64,000 nt of DNA, from assembly GCF_006345805.1 (NCBI RefSeq), contig NC_042998.1, positions 142,972,001 through 143,036,000 of the forward strand. The letters are read 5' to 3'. Source of the DNA: Octopus sinensis. Its lineage: Eukaryota. The first letter of the stretch is position 1. Every line of letters starts with the position of its first letter. Below, in pieces: positions 12,439 through 24,904 of the stretch. The notes below the pieces were generated by a model that was not told where the DNA came from, ran no database searches, and worked only from the letters and a program-made list of their open reading frames with translations. The translations under genes were made by a program, and so were the position numbers.

Positions 12439-14421
12439 CTGAAACAGAAGTTGAAACAATTAAGAACAAACTAACGTGGCATGAACAAAACATATGAAAA
12501 CAAAGCTTCAGTGTCTAGATAAACTGTGTTATCTAGACACAGTTCACGGTCATGTAAAATAAACAAAAGTTCTCGTCAAATCACTAAATTAATTAATGCC
12601 AAGTCATGTTACCAAGTCACTTGGTAAAAAATAAGATAATGTAAGCATTTGTTTTGATTGTTTTCTGTTTTAATATTTATAAAGCTGATGTCAACATTGT
12701 GGTACCTTCACAGTGAACTGATTTTGTCACCTAGTTTCCAAACAACAGTTGGAATTTTGTTTTTATTACTTCATTCTTCTCAAAGAATATCAATATCGAT
12801 ACAGATTTAGATTATTGCACAGAAATGATGATGATAATAACAATAATGTGATGGTGAGAACAATAATGATAGCAGAGGTAATGATGATGGAGGCAATATG
12901 ACAAAGATAATATATTTATTAAATGCCATATTCCAAAACTGGTCTACTTTTCTTTCATGGTTGAAGACATTCCATACAGGAAACAAAAGACGAAGACAGG
13001 TGAAGGAACAACAAGCAGGTGTATTTGCTTAATGCTCGGGAAGAATGGAAAAGTCTTTAACATTTTGAGCCTACGCTCTTTGACAGAAAGGATTGGGAGG
13101 ATACTTTATGGCTCTGTGGTAAAGAAGTTTGCTTTCTAGTCACACAGTTTGGAATTCAGTCCCACTGAGTGGACTTTAAGCAAGTATCTACTCTAGCCCC
13201 AGGGCCAATGAAGATCTTGTGATTTGATTTGATAAGCAGAAACTGAAAGAAGACCACTCTATGTGTGTGTGTGTGTGTGTGCGTGCATGAGACGGAGATT
13301 ATGTTTGTGTGTATGTTTGTTAACTATTTCCTTGTCTTGATATAATGTAATGCTTGTAGATGAGCATCACTGTCATACAAGCAGTGTCCATTTATTATCT
13401 TCTTTGTAAACATGTCTGGCCATAGGGAAATATTACCTTACTTAGAAATAGGTGAGGGTTGGAAACAAGGCCTCTGGCCATAGAATATCTACAAGCATAA
13501 ATATACATACGGATGAATACATATACATATTTACAAATGTATGCACACACCTTATATCTATACAAAGAGAACTCCTACAGGTAAAAAAAAAAATAGACAT
13601 GAAGCTTACATTTAGATATTAGGATATCTAACAACAAAAATAGATCTCTGAAGTGGGTTGAGTGATCGTCTTTACTTGAATGAATAGTTTTTAAATTTCA
13701 ATTTTAATTAGACAATCAGAAATTATACAAGAGAGGTAATTCATGAAGACATCGAAGGGAAGCAATCAAACGCCCACCTTCATACATGTGTCTAATTTTC
13801 TTTTCTTTTATTTGTTTCAGTCACTGGGGCACCAACATGATGGGTTTATTCGAACAAATCGAGCCCTGTACTTATTTTTAAAGCCTGGTACTTATTATAC
13901 CGGAATTTTTTGCCCAACCGCTACATTACTGGGACGTAAACAAACCAAGACAAGTTTACCAAGCGGTGATGGGGACAAACTCAACACAAAGATGGACTCC
14001 TTTCAGTTTCCGTCTGTTAAATTCACTCACAAGGCTTTCAACTCAGAGAGGTAACGAAAAATATTTGCCCAAGGTGACGTGCAGATGGACTGAACCTAAG
14101 ACCACATGGTTAGGAAACAAGCTTAATATTTTTCAACAAAAATGCTAACAGTGACTTTGAGGTTTCGTCATCAAAATGTCGGAGGATCGCGGTTTCGATT
14201 CCCAGACCGGGCGTTGTGTGTGTTTATTGAGCGAAAACACCTAAAAGCTCCACGAGGCTCCGGCAGGAGGTGGTGATCCCTGCTGTACTATTTCACCACT
14301 CTAAAAGGCGGTGCTCCAGCATGGCCGCAGTCAAATGACTGAAACAAGTACAAAAAAAAAATAATAAATAATAATATTTGCAAAGGGAAGTCATCTTTCC
14401 CATCTCCAGCCTGACGCGATA

Positions 14422-14466
14422 CACACGGACCCGAGTTTCTGAATACTGACCCGTCATCAGCGTGTG
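14422..14466 (-). ncRNA. Type I minimal hammerhead ribozyme motif (Penelope/retrozyme type) in KXD1 intron 3
   Basis: Minus-strand RNA: CACACG CUGAUGA CGGGU-CAGU-AUUCA GAAA C-UCGG-G UC^ CGUGUG; perfect 6-bp stem I, full core, GUC cleavage triplet; C.A mismatch at the base of stem II. Confidence 0.8.
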
Positions 14467-16542
14467 ACAACCACCGGTTGGCGATGGGAATGATCTTGGA
14501 AACGTGGAAACAAGCAATAATAAATCTCTGAGCGAGGTACAAACAGTAGCTGAACGACATCGTGAAGTATATTTGCCACCTAAATGTGGCTATCCCTTAA
14601 GGGTTAATGCTACTGTAGCTTGTAGCCCCAGGAAGACATCTCCAGCTGGCTATTGACACACTTTCTACACACACATAAAATAACTGCCCTTAAACACACA
14701 CACACACAAATATATATATAACAGGTTGACTTCGCTCCTCATGTTAGAAAACACGACTAGCTCCTCGGACTTAATGGAGATAAGGTGGATAAATAACACA
14801 AAACAAGATGGCTTTTTTCTTATAGAGAGAAATTAACCCTCATTAATATATAGTTGGTAAAATCGTTAGCACACCGCGCAAAATACAAAGCGGCATTTTG
14901 TCTGTTTTTATGTTGAGTTCAAATTTCACTGAGGTCGACTTTGACCTCGTCTTTTCGGGGTCGATAAAATAAGTACTAGTTGAGCACTGAGGTCGATGTA
15001 ATTGAGTAGTCACCCTCCCCACGAACTTGCTGGCCTTGTGCCACAATTTGAAATCAATATATAATAATGACGATGATGATAAGATATTGATCTTAGCCAT
15101 AAGGCTGATCCGTTGTAGTTCAGCAACCGATTGCTCTTGGAACATCCAATGCAGAAGTAACAAATAACCACAAACGTACCATAGGGAACAGATGATATAA
15201 ACTTATGTATATCATAATTTCACATGCATACACGATTCACTAAAGAGAAACATTGGACATAGTTCTCTGAATATAAATCTTCGATATTTTCTTCCATCCC
15301 TTTTTTTTTATTTTCCTAGATTACATCCGGTGGAGGGACAGTCATGGTTGGACTTTAAACAAATAAAGTCGGTGAACAACAACTGTTGTACACAGACGCG
15401 ACTTCACGACTTTAAAGTGAGGAGAGATGTGATTTATTTCATAAAAAACTGAAACACGAAACCATCGTAACATTATTATTAATTACAACAATATGAACTA
15501 GGCTGGTTAATTATTAATTATGTTTTCATCAACAAGCCAAAACGCTCATCATATGGTTGTGATTACTACCTTCTATTTGTTATTTTATTATATTTATTCA
15601 TATTTTTCTAAGAGACAAGTACGATTAATGGTGTCTAAAACTAATTTTTAAAGTATACTGGATGATCCTATAGAACTGAGTTAGGAATTATCTGCTGCAC
15701 TAAAAGCCGTAATAATGTTTAAAGTTAAAAAAAAAAAATAACAAGGCAGAATTTGGAATTATTTTCAAATAAAAACATTTAATAAGTGATTTTTAAAGAT
15801 TTACATATTCGTTTTGCATAATTGAGATATCCAACTCTATTTTTGTATTTTCCATAATGTTTTTGGTTTTATTCTCTAATACACATACACACATAAAATC
15901 AAAGATTAACAACACAGTATCTCATAAATCCGACAAGTTAAAACTGGAAAAATAATTACGGGAGGTGGTAGAAATAAAACTCTCATCCCTACTCTGTAAT
16001 CTACTATGCTTAAAACAGAGATCCGAAGAAATTACTGCTTTCGGCATACTAGATTAATTCCCGACTCTATAGTAATGCCGAATGCTGAATTATCTCTTTC
16101 TATGATTTCAGCAAACCTTATTTGTGCACAAATATTTGGCAAGGAAAGTCCTGCTATTGGTGTGTATTTTATACACGAGAAGTCGACAATTATTCCTATA
16201 AGGAATGAAAAAGAAGTGAATATACTACAGATAGTTCGAACTACAGTGGAAATTTTGATCTCACAGTGAACGGATATATTATTGAATGTGTCATTACAAA
16301 ACAAAACAAAACCACTGTGTAAGTGAAATGTACTCACTTTTAAGTCACATATGCTTACTTAGAGTTACGAATATTGCAATGAAACACTGTATACGAGTTA
16401 TATGTAAGAGGCCCGAATACAAGAGAGAAAAAAAAGCCATCAAGTACAATGCAGGGTAGGTAACTCTGCACTGCCTCGGTTCATTAATTTTTATAGTGAA
16501 AATAGCGGGGGATATATTCTGATGGAAACGGCATTTTCTTCG

Positions 16543-16607
<65 letters not shown>

Positions 16608-19077
16608 GATTTAATTTTCCAAACATTGAAATTAGTGATATATGAAATAAGAAATATTTAAAAGAACTCAGTAATATAAAAATGGAATTACGCTAAAAAC
16701 AAAAAAATGCAACTGTCTTGGGCAAAACCCTAAAGAAAAATAATACGTGTATGCCTGTTTATGTATAAACAGTAAGACAGAGAGAAAATAGAACGGAAGA
16801 GTGTATACATGTAATATTTTAGATGCAAGAAAAACAAGCACATTCAAAATGTATGATTCTTGAGAATGATATTCTCTCTCCATACAATATAGAAACATTT
16901 CTCATGGCACCAGAAGACAAATTGGAAAAGGACTCTTTAATATGATCATGGACTTCAAGATTATCAAAGGAGGCAAAAGTGATTATTTGTGGTGTTTATC
17001 ATTGTTGAAGCCATAAGTGATATAAATGACACAAAGTTGGTGAAGGAAAACAAAGTCATAAATTTGTATCACTAAAAGTGTACTTTTACATTGCTACGGA
17101 CCAATATATTGCAGTTATATCAAGGAACAGACATTGGAGATATTTAAGAACACACAAAATCCTTAGTTTTCACTTTTTGTTAACAGACATGTCTGTGCGA
17201 TAAGAAGTTCACTCCCCAATCACATAGTTCCAGGTTTGGTCTCAATGCATGGCACCTGGGCCAAGTGTCTTCTACAATAGCCCTAGATCAACCAAGGCTT
17301 TGTAAGTGGATTTGGTAGGCAGAAAATGAAAGAAGTACATGTGTGTATGCTTGTGTGTGTGTTCTTGTTTTGACTTTAAATAATAGCTGTAGGAAAGCAT
17401 CACCATCATACAAGCAGTGTTTTTCATTTCTATGAAAACATGTCTAGCCAAGAAGAGATATTTCTTAACTTGGAAACAGGTTAGAGTTGATGACAAGAAG
17501 AGCACCTGGCCTCAGAAAATTTACCTCAACAAATTCTGTCTGTCCTATGCAAACATGGAAAAGTGGACATTAAAAAATGATAATGATGAAGATAAGTGTA
17601 ATTAATTTATCATCAAGTGGTAAAAAGTTCTCAAGTTCTGCCATGATTCTTCTGCATCAATGTCAGTGACCAAGTCACAGAAGTGTGTAAAGAAAAAAAA
17701 ACAAAAGAAAGGAAAGCTTTTCTATTCATCATAATAAACAGACAGGATAAAAGAGGACTGTTAAGAAATAACAAGCGAATATGGCAGTTTTTGTGAGTTC
17801 TTAAAAAACTAAGATCATTCTATCATGATATGTTTCAGTTTTAACATAAGATCAAAGAAGTTAAACTCATCATTATTATTTTATGGTCACTACTTCATGC
17901 TGGCATGGTGTGGGACACACACACACACACACACAGAATCCAAATTTACAGAAAGCAAAAGACAAAGGCAGGTGAGGGAACAACAAGCAGGTGTATTTGT
18001 TTCATGCTTGGGAAGAATATATATATATGTATATATCTGTCTGTCTGTCTGTCTATCTCTATACATGATGTGTTTCTACACAGCTTCTGCCCACAGAATT
18101 CACTCATAAGGCATTGGTCACCCGGATTTATAATAAAAGGCACATCCCAAAGGTGCCATGCAGTGGGACTGAACCCAAATCCACTTGGCTGCAAAACAAG
18201 CTTCATACACACACACACACACACGTATGTGTTTGTATATGTGTGTTTGTGTGTGCACTTGTATGTATCATCATCATCACCACCTTTATAATGTCCACTG
18301 TTCCATGTTTGCATGGGTTAGATGAGATTTGATGAGTTAGATTATCTATAACTGGGTGCCCTTCCTGTCACCAACCCTCACTTGTATCTAAGCAAGGTAA
18401 TATTTCCTCTATGGCAACCAGATGGCTGCACCAGGCTCCAGTCTTGATCTGGCAGAGTTTCTACAGCTGGATGTCCTTCCTAACGCCAACCATATATATA
18501 TACTACATATATATACTACAAGCATCTCTCAGTTTCTGTCTACCAGATCCACTCACAAGTCTTTTGTTGGCTCAGGGTTATAGTAGAAGAACCTTGCTCA
18601 AGATGAGATGCCATGCAGTGAGATGCAACCTGAAAGTAAGTGGTTGGGACTTCTTAATCATACAGTCATTTTTTCACCTAAACAATTATTAATAATAAGA
18701 ATAATACTTTCTACTATAGGCAAAAGGACTGAAACTGTGGGGGAGGGTGCTAGATGATTACATTGACCCCAGTGCATAACTGGTACTTATTTTATTGACC
18801 CCAAAAGGATGACAGACAAAGTTGGTCTGGGTGGAATTTGAACTCAACATAAGATTAATGATAATAATAATAATTGTTGTTGTTTCAAATTTCGGCATAA
18901 GTCCAGCAATTTTAGGGGATAAGTTGATTACACTGAGCCCAGTGTTCAACTGATATTTTATTGATCCCAAAAGAATGAAAGGCAAAACTGACCTCAGTGG
19001 AATTTGAACTAAGAACATAAGGAAGTGGAAGAAATGCTGCTAAGCATTTTGTTTGCAAATAATAATAAAAATCATAC

Positions 19078-19124
19078 CTGAGAAGGCTTCAGGGTATATT
19101 TTGTTTAATCTCTGTTTCAGATTT
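19078..19124 (-). CDS. KXD1: KXD1 coding exon 3 (NLKQRLNKIYPEAFS)
   Basis: Matches KXD1 LK.KL...HPEAFS; acceptor TTTGCAG|A, donor TCAG|GTATGA; 47 nt, phase 2-1. Confidence 0.92.
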
Positions 19125-20691
19125 CTGCAAATAAATAAATAAATAAATAAATAAAAAGACTTACATGTAAGAACTTGGAATATTTTTCTTCTGATCCTCT
19201 TGTAGGAATTATTAATCACTGAATTTTTATTATTTGTTACACTACTGCACATTGTATCATCATCAACATTTAACGTCCATTTTCCATGCTAGCACGGGTT
19301 GGATGGCTTGTCAGGAATTGGCAAGGCCAGGGACCACACCAGGTTTCATAGTCTGTTTTGGCTTGGTTTTTACAGCAGGATGCTCTTCCTAACACACAGA
19401 GTGTACTGGGTGCTTTTTACATGGCAGTCCTCTGCCTTACATTGTTTCAAACTGTTCAATACATGTAGTAAAGATAGTTTGCTAACATAACATGGCAGTC
19501 CTGGTTTAGGACTAACATTGCTGTAATTTAGTCCCAGGAGACATCCTCTCCAGTTGGCTATATGACACGATCTGTATCCTTATATTTTCGAACAAGGGAA
19601 TCTAGCACCCACCCTCAGCTCAAAACAATATCTGTGTATCGCGATTTCTGGGTTATTTCTCTTCATCCCCTAATGCTAGCATAGAAGATGGATTTTAAAT
19701 GTTACTGGTGTGTGTGTGTGTGTGTGCCCCTCTCATCAGGGTATCATGTAATAGTCATAAATAAGTGTCACTATCATACAAAGTATGTCATTTGTCTCCA
19801 ATCTTTCATAAGAATATGTCTGGCCATGAAGAAATATTGTTTTGCTTAGGAACATGCAAGGGCTAGCAACAAGAAGGGCATCTTGGCCTTAGAAAATCTG
19901 CCTCAACAAATTCTCTCTAACTCATAGAAGCATCACCATCAACATTAACTAGCTGCAATGTAAAACTATAGCATTCAACTCATAACTAACAAGAGTAAAT
20001 CTTTACACTTTTGACTTAGCTCTTTCCTACCCCATCATTTTTATAACAACAACAACAATAGTTTGAAATTTTTCCACAAGGGCAGCAATTTTGGGGGAAG
20101 AGTTGAGTTGATTACATCAACTCCAGTGTTCTACTGGTACTTAATTTATCGACTCCAAAACGATGAAAGGCAACAGTCGACATCAGCGGAATTTGAACTC
20201 AGAACATAAAGACAGATGAAATACTGCTAAGCATTTTGCCCAATATGCTAATGTTTCTGCCAGCTTGCCACCTTAATAATAATAATAATCCTTTCTACTA
20301 AAGGCACAAGGCCTGAAATTTTGGGGGAGGGGAATAGTCAATTACATGAACCCTAGTGTTCAACTGGCATTTATTTTATCAACCCCCATAAAAGATGAAA
20401 GGCTAAGTCAACCTTGGCAGAATTTTAACTCAGAACAAAGATGGATGTAATACTGTTAAGCATTTTGCTTGGAATGCTAACGATCCTGCGAGTTCACTGC
20501 ATTTTCGCTGCCCTCTTAAAAATTCCACATGTAACTTTAACACAAATTGAACTCACAATCATAGCTACTCGAGAGTTGTACTACTTGCACCTATGTAGCA
20601 TAATAATGATAATAATAATAATGAGCTTATTGTATACAGTGCACTATAACTTGTCAGGAAAGGTAAAAGAAAAGGAGAATGACTAGAGAGA

Positions 20692-20725
<34 letters not shown>

Positions 20726-21214
20726 AATAAAGAAAAACAGCAAAGAATGCTCAAAGTACACACATTACACAGAATGGAAAAGAAAAAAAGATAGAAAACG
20801 ATTATTCCTTAGCATGGAAGAATGAATATATATTATTGAGGCAATGTTTTACAATTGTGTGCTCCAGTATATTTGGTTGCACAAATCTATGTATGACTTG
20901 CTAACATCATTGTCCTGGACTGACACTATCTTTATTGACCCTGAAAGAGTGTAAAGTTGAACTTGGCAAGTTTGCACTCAAAGGGCAGAAAGTTTAAACA
21001 AATACTACATAGTTTTCTATCTAACATTGTAACAACTCGCCTTAGTCATCGCCCTATTGTGTTTACGTAACGGGAGAACATGTCTAAAACACTAATTTAA
21101 AAACAGGTTAGTAATGATTGCTATGGTTTTTTTTTTTTTTGTTTTCGAATAATAAAGAATGGAACTGATTTTTATTATCTTTAACCTCGAAAATTTAATA
21201 ACTTTATAAATATA

Positions 21215-21780
21215 TTGGGTTGTCCGGAAAGATTGTGCCGATTTATAGTAGCTTACCTTTCGACTTATTTTAGAACATGGTTGAGTCCATAAAATAGGAT
21301 TTGACTACACTTCCATTTAGAGCAAAGTTTAAGCTATCTTTCCGTGGAAGAAGGTTTATGTTCCTATAACCTGTGTTAATTCTGTAACCCTTTAAAATAG
21401 AAGATAAGAAAGTTCATTTTCGGCACTTGATGCTTTGGGAACCAGACAAAGATTGCTGCAGCTCGGCTGGGATGTGTTACCCCACCCTCCATATTCACCA
21501 GATATTGCTCCTTCGGATTTATACTTATTCAGGTCTCTGCAGAATAGTCTTAATGGTAAAAATTTCAATTCCTTGGATGATGTAAAAAGATACCTTGATG
21601 AATTCTTTGCCATGAAACCACCTCAATTCTGGGAAGAGGGTATTTTCAAGTTAAAGGAAAGATGGAGATGCACTGTGCAACAAAATGGTTCATATTTGGT
21701 TGATTAAAAATGTAATGGCAAGTATTTATTGAATTTTTTCTTTCCTTTAAAAATCGACACGAACTTTCAGGACAACCCAA
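21215..21780 (+). mobile_element. Internally deleted mariner (566 bp) with both TIRs
   Basis: TA TSDs; TIRs TTGGGTTGTCCGGAAAG / CTTTCAGGACAACCCAA; open C-terminal transposase frame WDVLPHPPYSPDIAPSDLYLF...NGSYLVD. Confidence 0.92.
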
Positions 21781-23664
21781 TAAATATATGAATATATAAC
21801 TATTAAAAATAACTCAGCGAGAGCTTACTATATATATTTACTTTCATTTAAAGTCAACTCACAAAGGCTAGGAGCAGAGTTGCTTCCCTTGTATTAGATT
21901 ATAATATAATATAATGAAATTATTGTATACAGTGCTCAGGTGCACCGCAACTTGTCAGAAAGTGCATATAAAGTACATGCAGTAATGTAGAAATGTCTGG
22001 AAAGCGAACAATGTATGAGTCAGATACATGCTTGTGTGTGTATGGAAGGGAGAAAATCAAGTGTAGTGTTGGCGAATCTCAGGAAGCATGGAAGTTTTGA
22101 AGGATGCAGTGCTCTGACAACTAACAACTGATGCCGGCAGTTTGTTCCATGCTTCAGCAACTCTCAGCATATGAGTAGTTTTACGCCTGGAACAGATAAA
22201 ATACTGCATAGGGTCACTTTGACACATTCTATAAATCCAAACAGAGTAGGATACTTTTTTATGCTATTTCACAAAAGCACATCAAGCGATTCTTAACGAT
22301 ATACAACAGTGGATTTAGACCTGAATACTGATGGTCATACAACATGATGGAGAAGACCTAAAAACAAAAGGTGTTTTAGTTGTGGCCATACCATCTTATT
22401 TTCGAAGTATAGTAGTGTACCTAGGACTACATTATCCTATATACTCTTTTTTTATTAATGGCTTCATATGATTTGATATATATTTGGCTGATATTTCTAG
22501 AAGGTTATGCCACACGGAGGTCCAATCATGGCAGTTACATTTAAACTGTAATTCAGCCCTAATCAAAAATATGATCAAACGTATTGATCTTCTATGATCA
22601 TCTTATCTTTTTCCGAGGTACAAGGAAATCAGGAATATATTATTCAAATTAGGTGTGATTTGAGTGAAGTTTGGCTGCTATTTCTAACACATCTATGACC
22701 CATGGACAGACTCTCTCATTAGCTTGATATAGGTATAAGTGAAAACAATGGTGAATGTAAAACCTCCAGAACTAAGATGTCTTATTATTCATCTATCTTC
22801 TACTGGGATAGGCTGGACAGGTCGATAGGATCTGATGGATCCTTGGATTCATCAGATCCTGTCAATTTGTCCATCATGCCCCAATAACTGCTTGGCCATT
22901 GTTTCTACAGTTGGATGCCCTTCCTGACACCAACCACATTACCGAGTATACTGGGTACTTTTTTTATGGTACCAGCACTAGTGAGATGAGCAAGAAAATT
23001 GCAAGACAAAAATAAATATACCTTGACCGAATAGGGTTGTAGAAGAGGGAGAAGTAACTTTATGCCAAGTGTCGAGAACTTAAAATATGACAGGACAAGC
23101 ACAGGTGATACATGGCTTCCTGACATTATATAGGAGTGGATGGAAAGAAAATAATAATGTTGGTGATGAGGCATCAAAGTACACAGTCAAGGTGTAAGAA
23201 GGTGAGTATAAGAGAGAATATGGACTAAGGATGGGGAGATGGGAAGTGTAGGTAGATAGGTTCATAGGAATGCAAGGTGTACGTTTGTAATTTTGTCAGA
23301 TCCTAAGACTTCCCTATTGAAAATTAAGGTATCTAATAGAATGAAAATGGGTTGGGGTCAAGATTACAGTCAAGGTGAAAGTATGCATTCTTGTCTTTTG
23401 TGCTTCTCTCCTGTTGCTTTTTTATTACATAGTTTAGTATTAGAATGTGGCTATGCTGAGCTGTTTCTAGGTGCAGGCAAAGCTGAGGTTAAGAAATCAG
23501 TTTCATATCAATGTGGTTTCAAGTTTAGTCCCACTGTTTGGTGCCTTGGTCAAGTGCTTTCTACTATAGCCTCAGATGGACCAACACCATGTCAGTGTAC
23601 TTGGTAAAGAGAAACTATATTGAACCCCATAGTGTATATATGTATGCAATGTATGTATATAATG

Positions 23665-24062
23665 AAGTGCTGATCTCTAATTGTAGAGGGAACCTGTGAA
23701 AGGTGTAGACCCAGGAAGATGTGGAATGAAGTGGTGAGAAAGGATCTCCAGAAACTGGGCTTCACTGAGGAGATGACAAAAGGACCAGCACTTGTGGCAA
23801 TGTGCTGTACTTGAGAAGACATATCAAGCTAAGTAAAATCACAGCCATCCATACATACAGGGATGTCTTTTAGGTCCATGCCTCCACTCCCTCTCCCAGC
23901 TTAAGGGTTTTTGTCTTCAGGTACTGGTGCCATGTAAAATGCACTCATGCCAGTGGCATGTAAAAAGCACTCAACACACTCTGTAAAGTGGTTGGTGTTA
24001 GGAAGTTCAAACGGTCTAAACCATGCCAGTATGGAAAATGGAAATCAAACGATGATGATGAT
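23665..24062 (+). mobile_element. RTE LINE 3' end (ORF C-terminus plus 3'UTR)
   Basis: VEGTCE.CRPRKMWNEVVRKDLQKLGFTEEMTK followed by the same 3'UTR motifs as the 11640-12022 family and a (GAT)n tail. Confidence 0.75.
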
Positions 24063-24751
24063 GTGTATGCACCTGCTCACACATCTTCATATTCATCACT
24101 CAGTGCTTGACGACTAGTGGTTTGTTAACAAACCCGGTAACTTAGCAGTTTAGCAAAAAAGAGTAATAGAATATTCTAGACTTAAGAAAATATGTACAGG
24201 GGCAGATTTGAATGGTGATACACAGTCAGTGCCCCAGTATGGCCATAGCTTGTGTATCATCCAAGACACACATACTTTTCACTTCAATAGTAATCTTAAC
24301 TCCTGTTTATGAGGTCCTTTAACTAGGGATGTCTAAAATGTCAACAACCTTAGGACCTGACAAAATAATGCATTTTTTGCATTTCACCATTTCTTCACAA
24401 TTACGTTGCAATTCACATTGACTGAAGATCTGTTGTTGAAGTACACTAATTCTTCTTGTGGTTGTTGTTATTGCTGTTGAGTTACAAAAAAAAAAAGACC
24501 TAGATCAACCTCAATTGAGTGAATCCTTCATCAAAGGGAGTTTCAGCAGCAACCATCAGGTATTATGGGCTCTTTTAAAATTGCTTTTAAGAGGTAAGTA
24601 GTGCATACATTATCCGAGGTGTCCTTTTCTTGGTTGCTATTTCTAGCATGTCTGGTGACCACATGGAAACTACCATCGTGGCTTGTTCTAAATTTGTTTG
24701 AACTTTGATACCACCCCCCCAAAAAAAAAACAATTGAAAATCACTACTGAC

Positions 24752-24904
24752 CTGATTCTTTTAAAGACTGTATCTAGGTCTTTTTTCATCTCGTACAGGA
24801 GTAATGTGTCTTTCTTGAACTTGTGACACGTTGCTTCGTAGCGAGATGAAGACAGAAGATTGAAATTGAGAAGCATTTCGTTAGTTTTTTCATACCGAGA
24901 TAGC
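24752..24904 (-). CDS. KXD1: KXD1 coding exon 2 (LSRYEKTNEMLLNFNLLSSSRYEATCHKFKKDTLLLYEMKKDLDTVFKRIR)
   Basis: Diagnostic EKTNEMLLNFN and EMKKDLD (KxDL) motifs; acceptor TTTCAG|G, donor AG|GTCAGT; 153 nt, phase 2-2. Confidence 0.95.

Noticed and set aside
14590-14655. HDV-like fold in the repeat also present at ~19500-19565
   Set aside because: Only a simple hairpin; the P1.1/P2/P3 order could not be built
16006-16337. Overlapping 87- and 101-aa ORFs as a nested gene
   Set aside because: The left part matches the TIR of the MITE at 61610-62057; no recognisable domain
21435-21707. SETMAR-like host gene
   Set aside because: Enclosed by TIRs and TA TSDs, no SET domain, most of the transposase deleted
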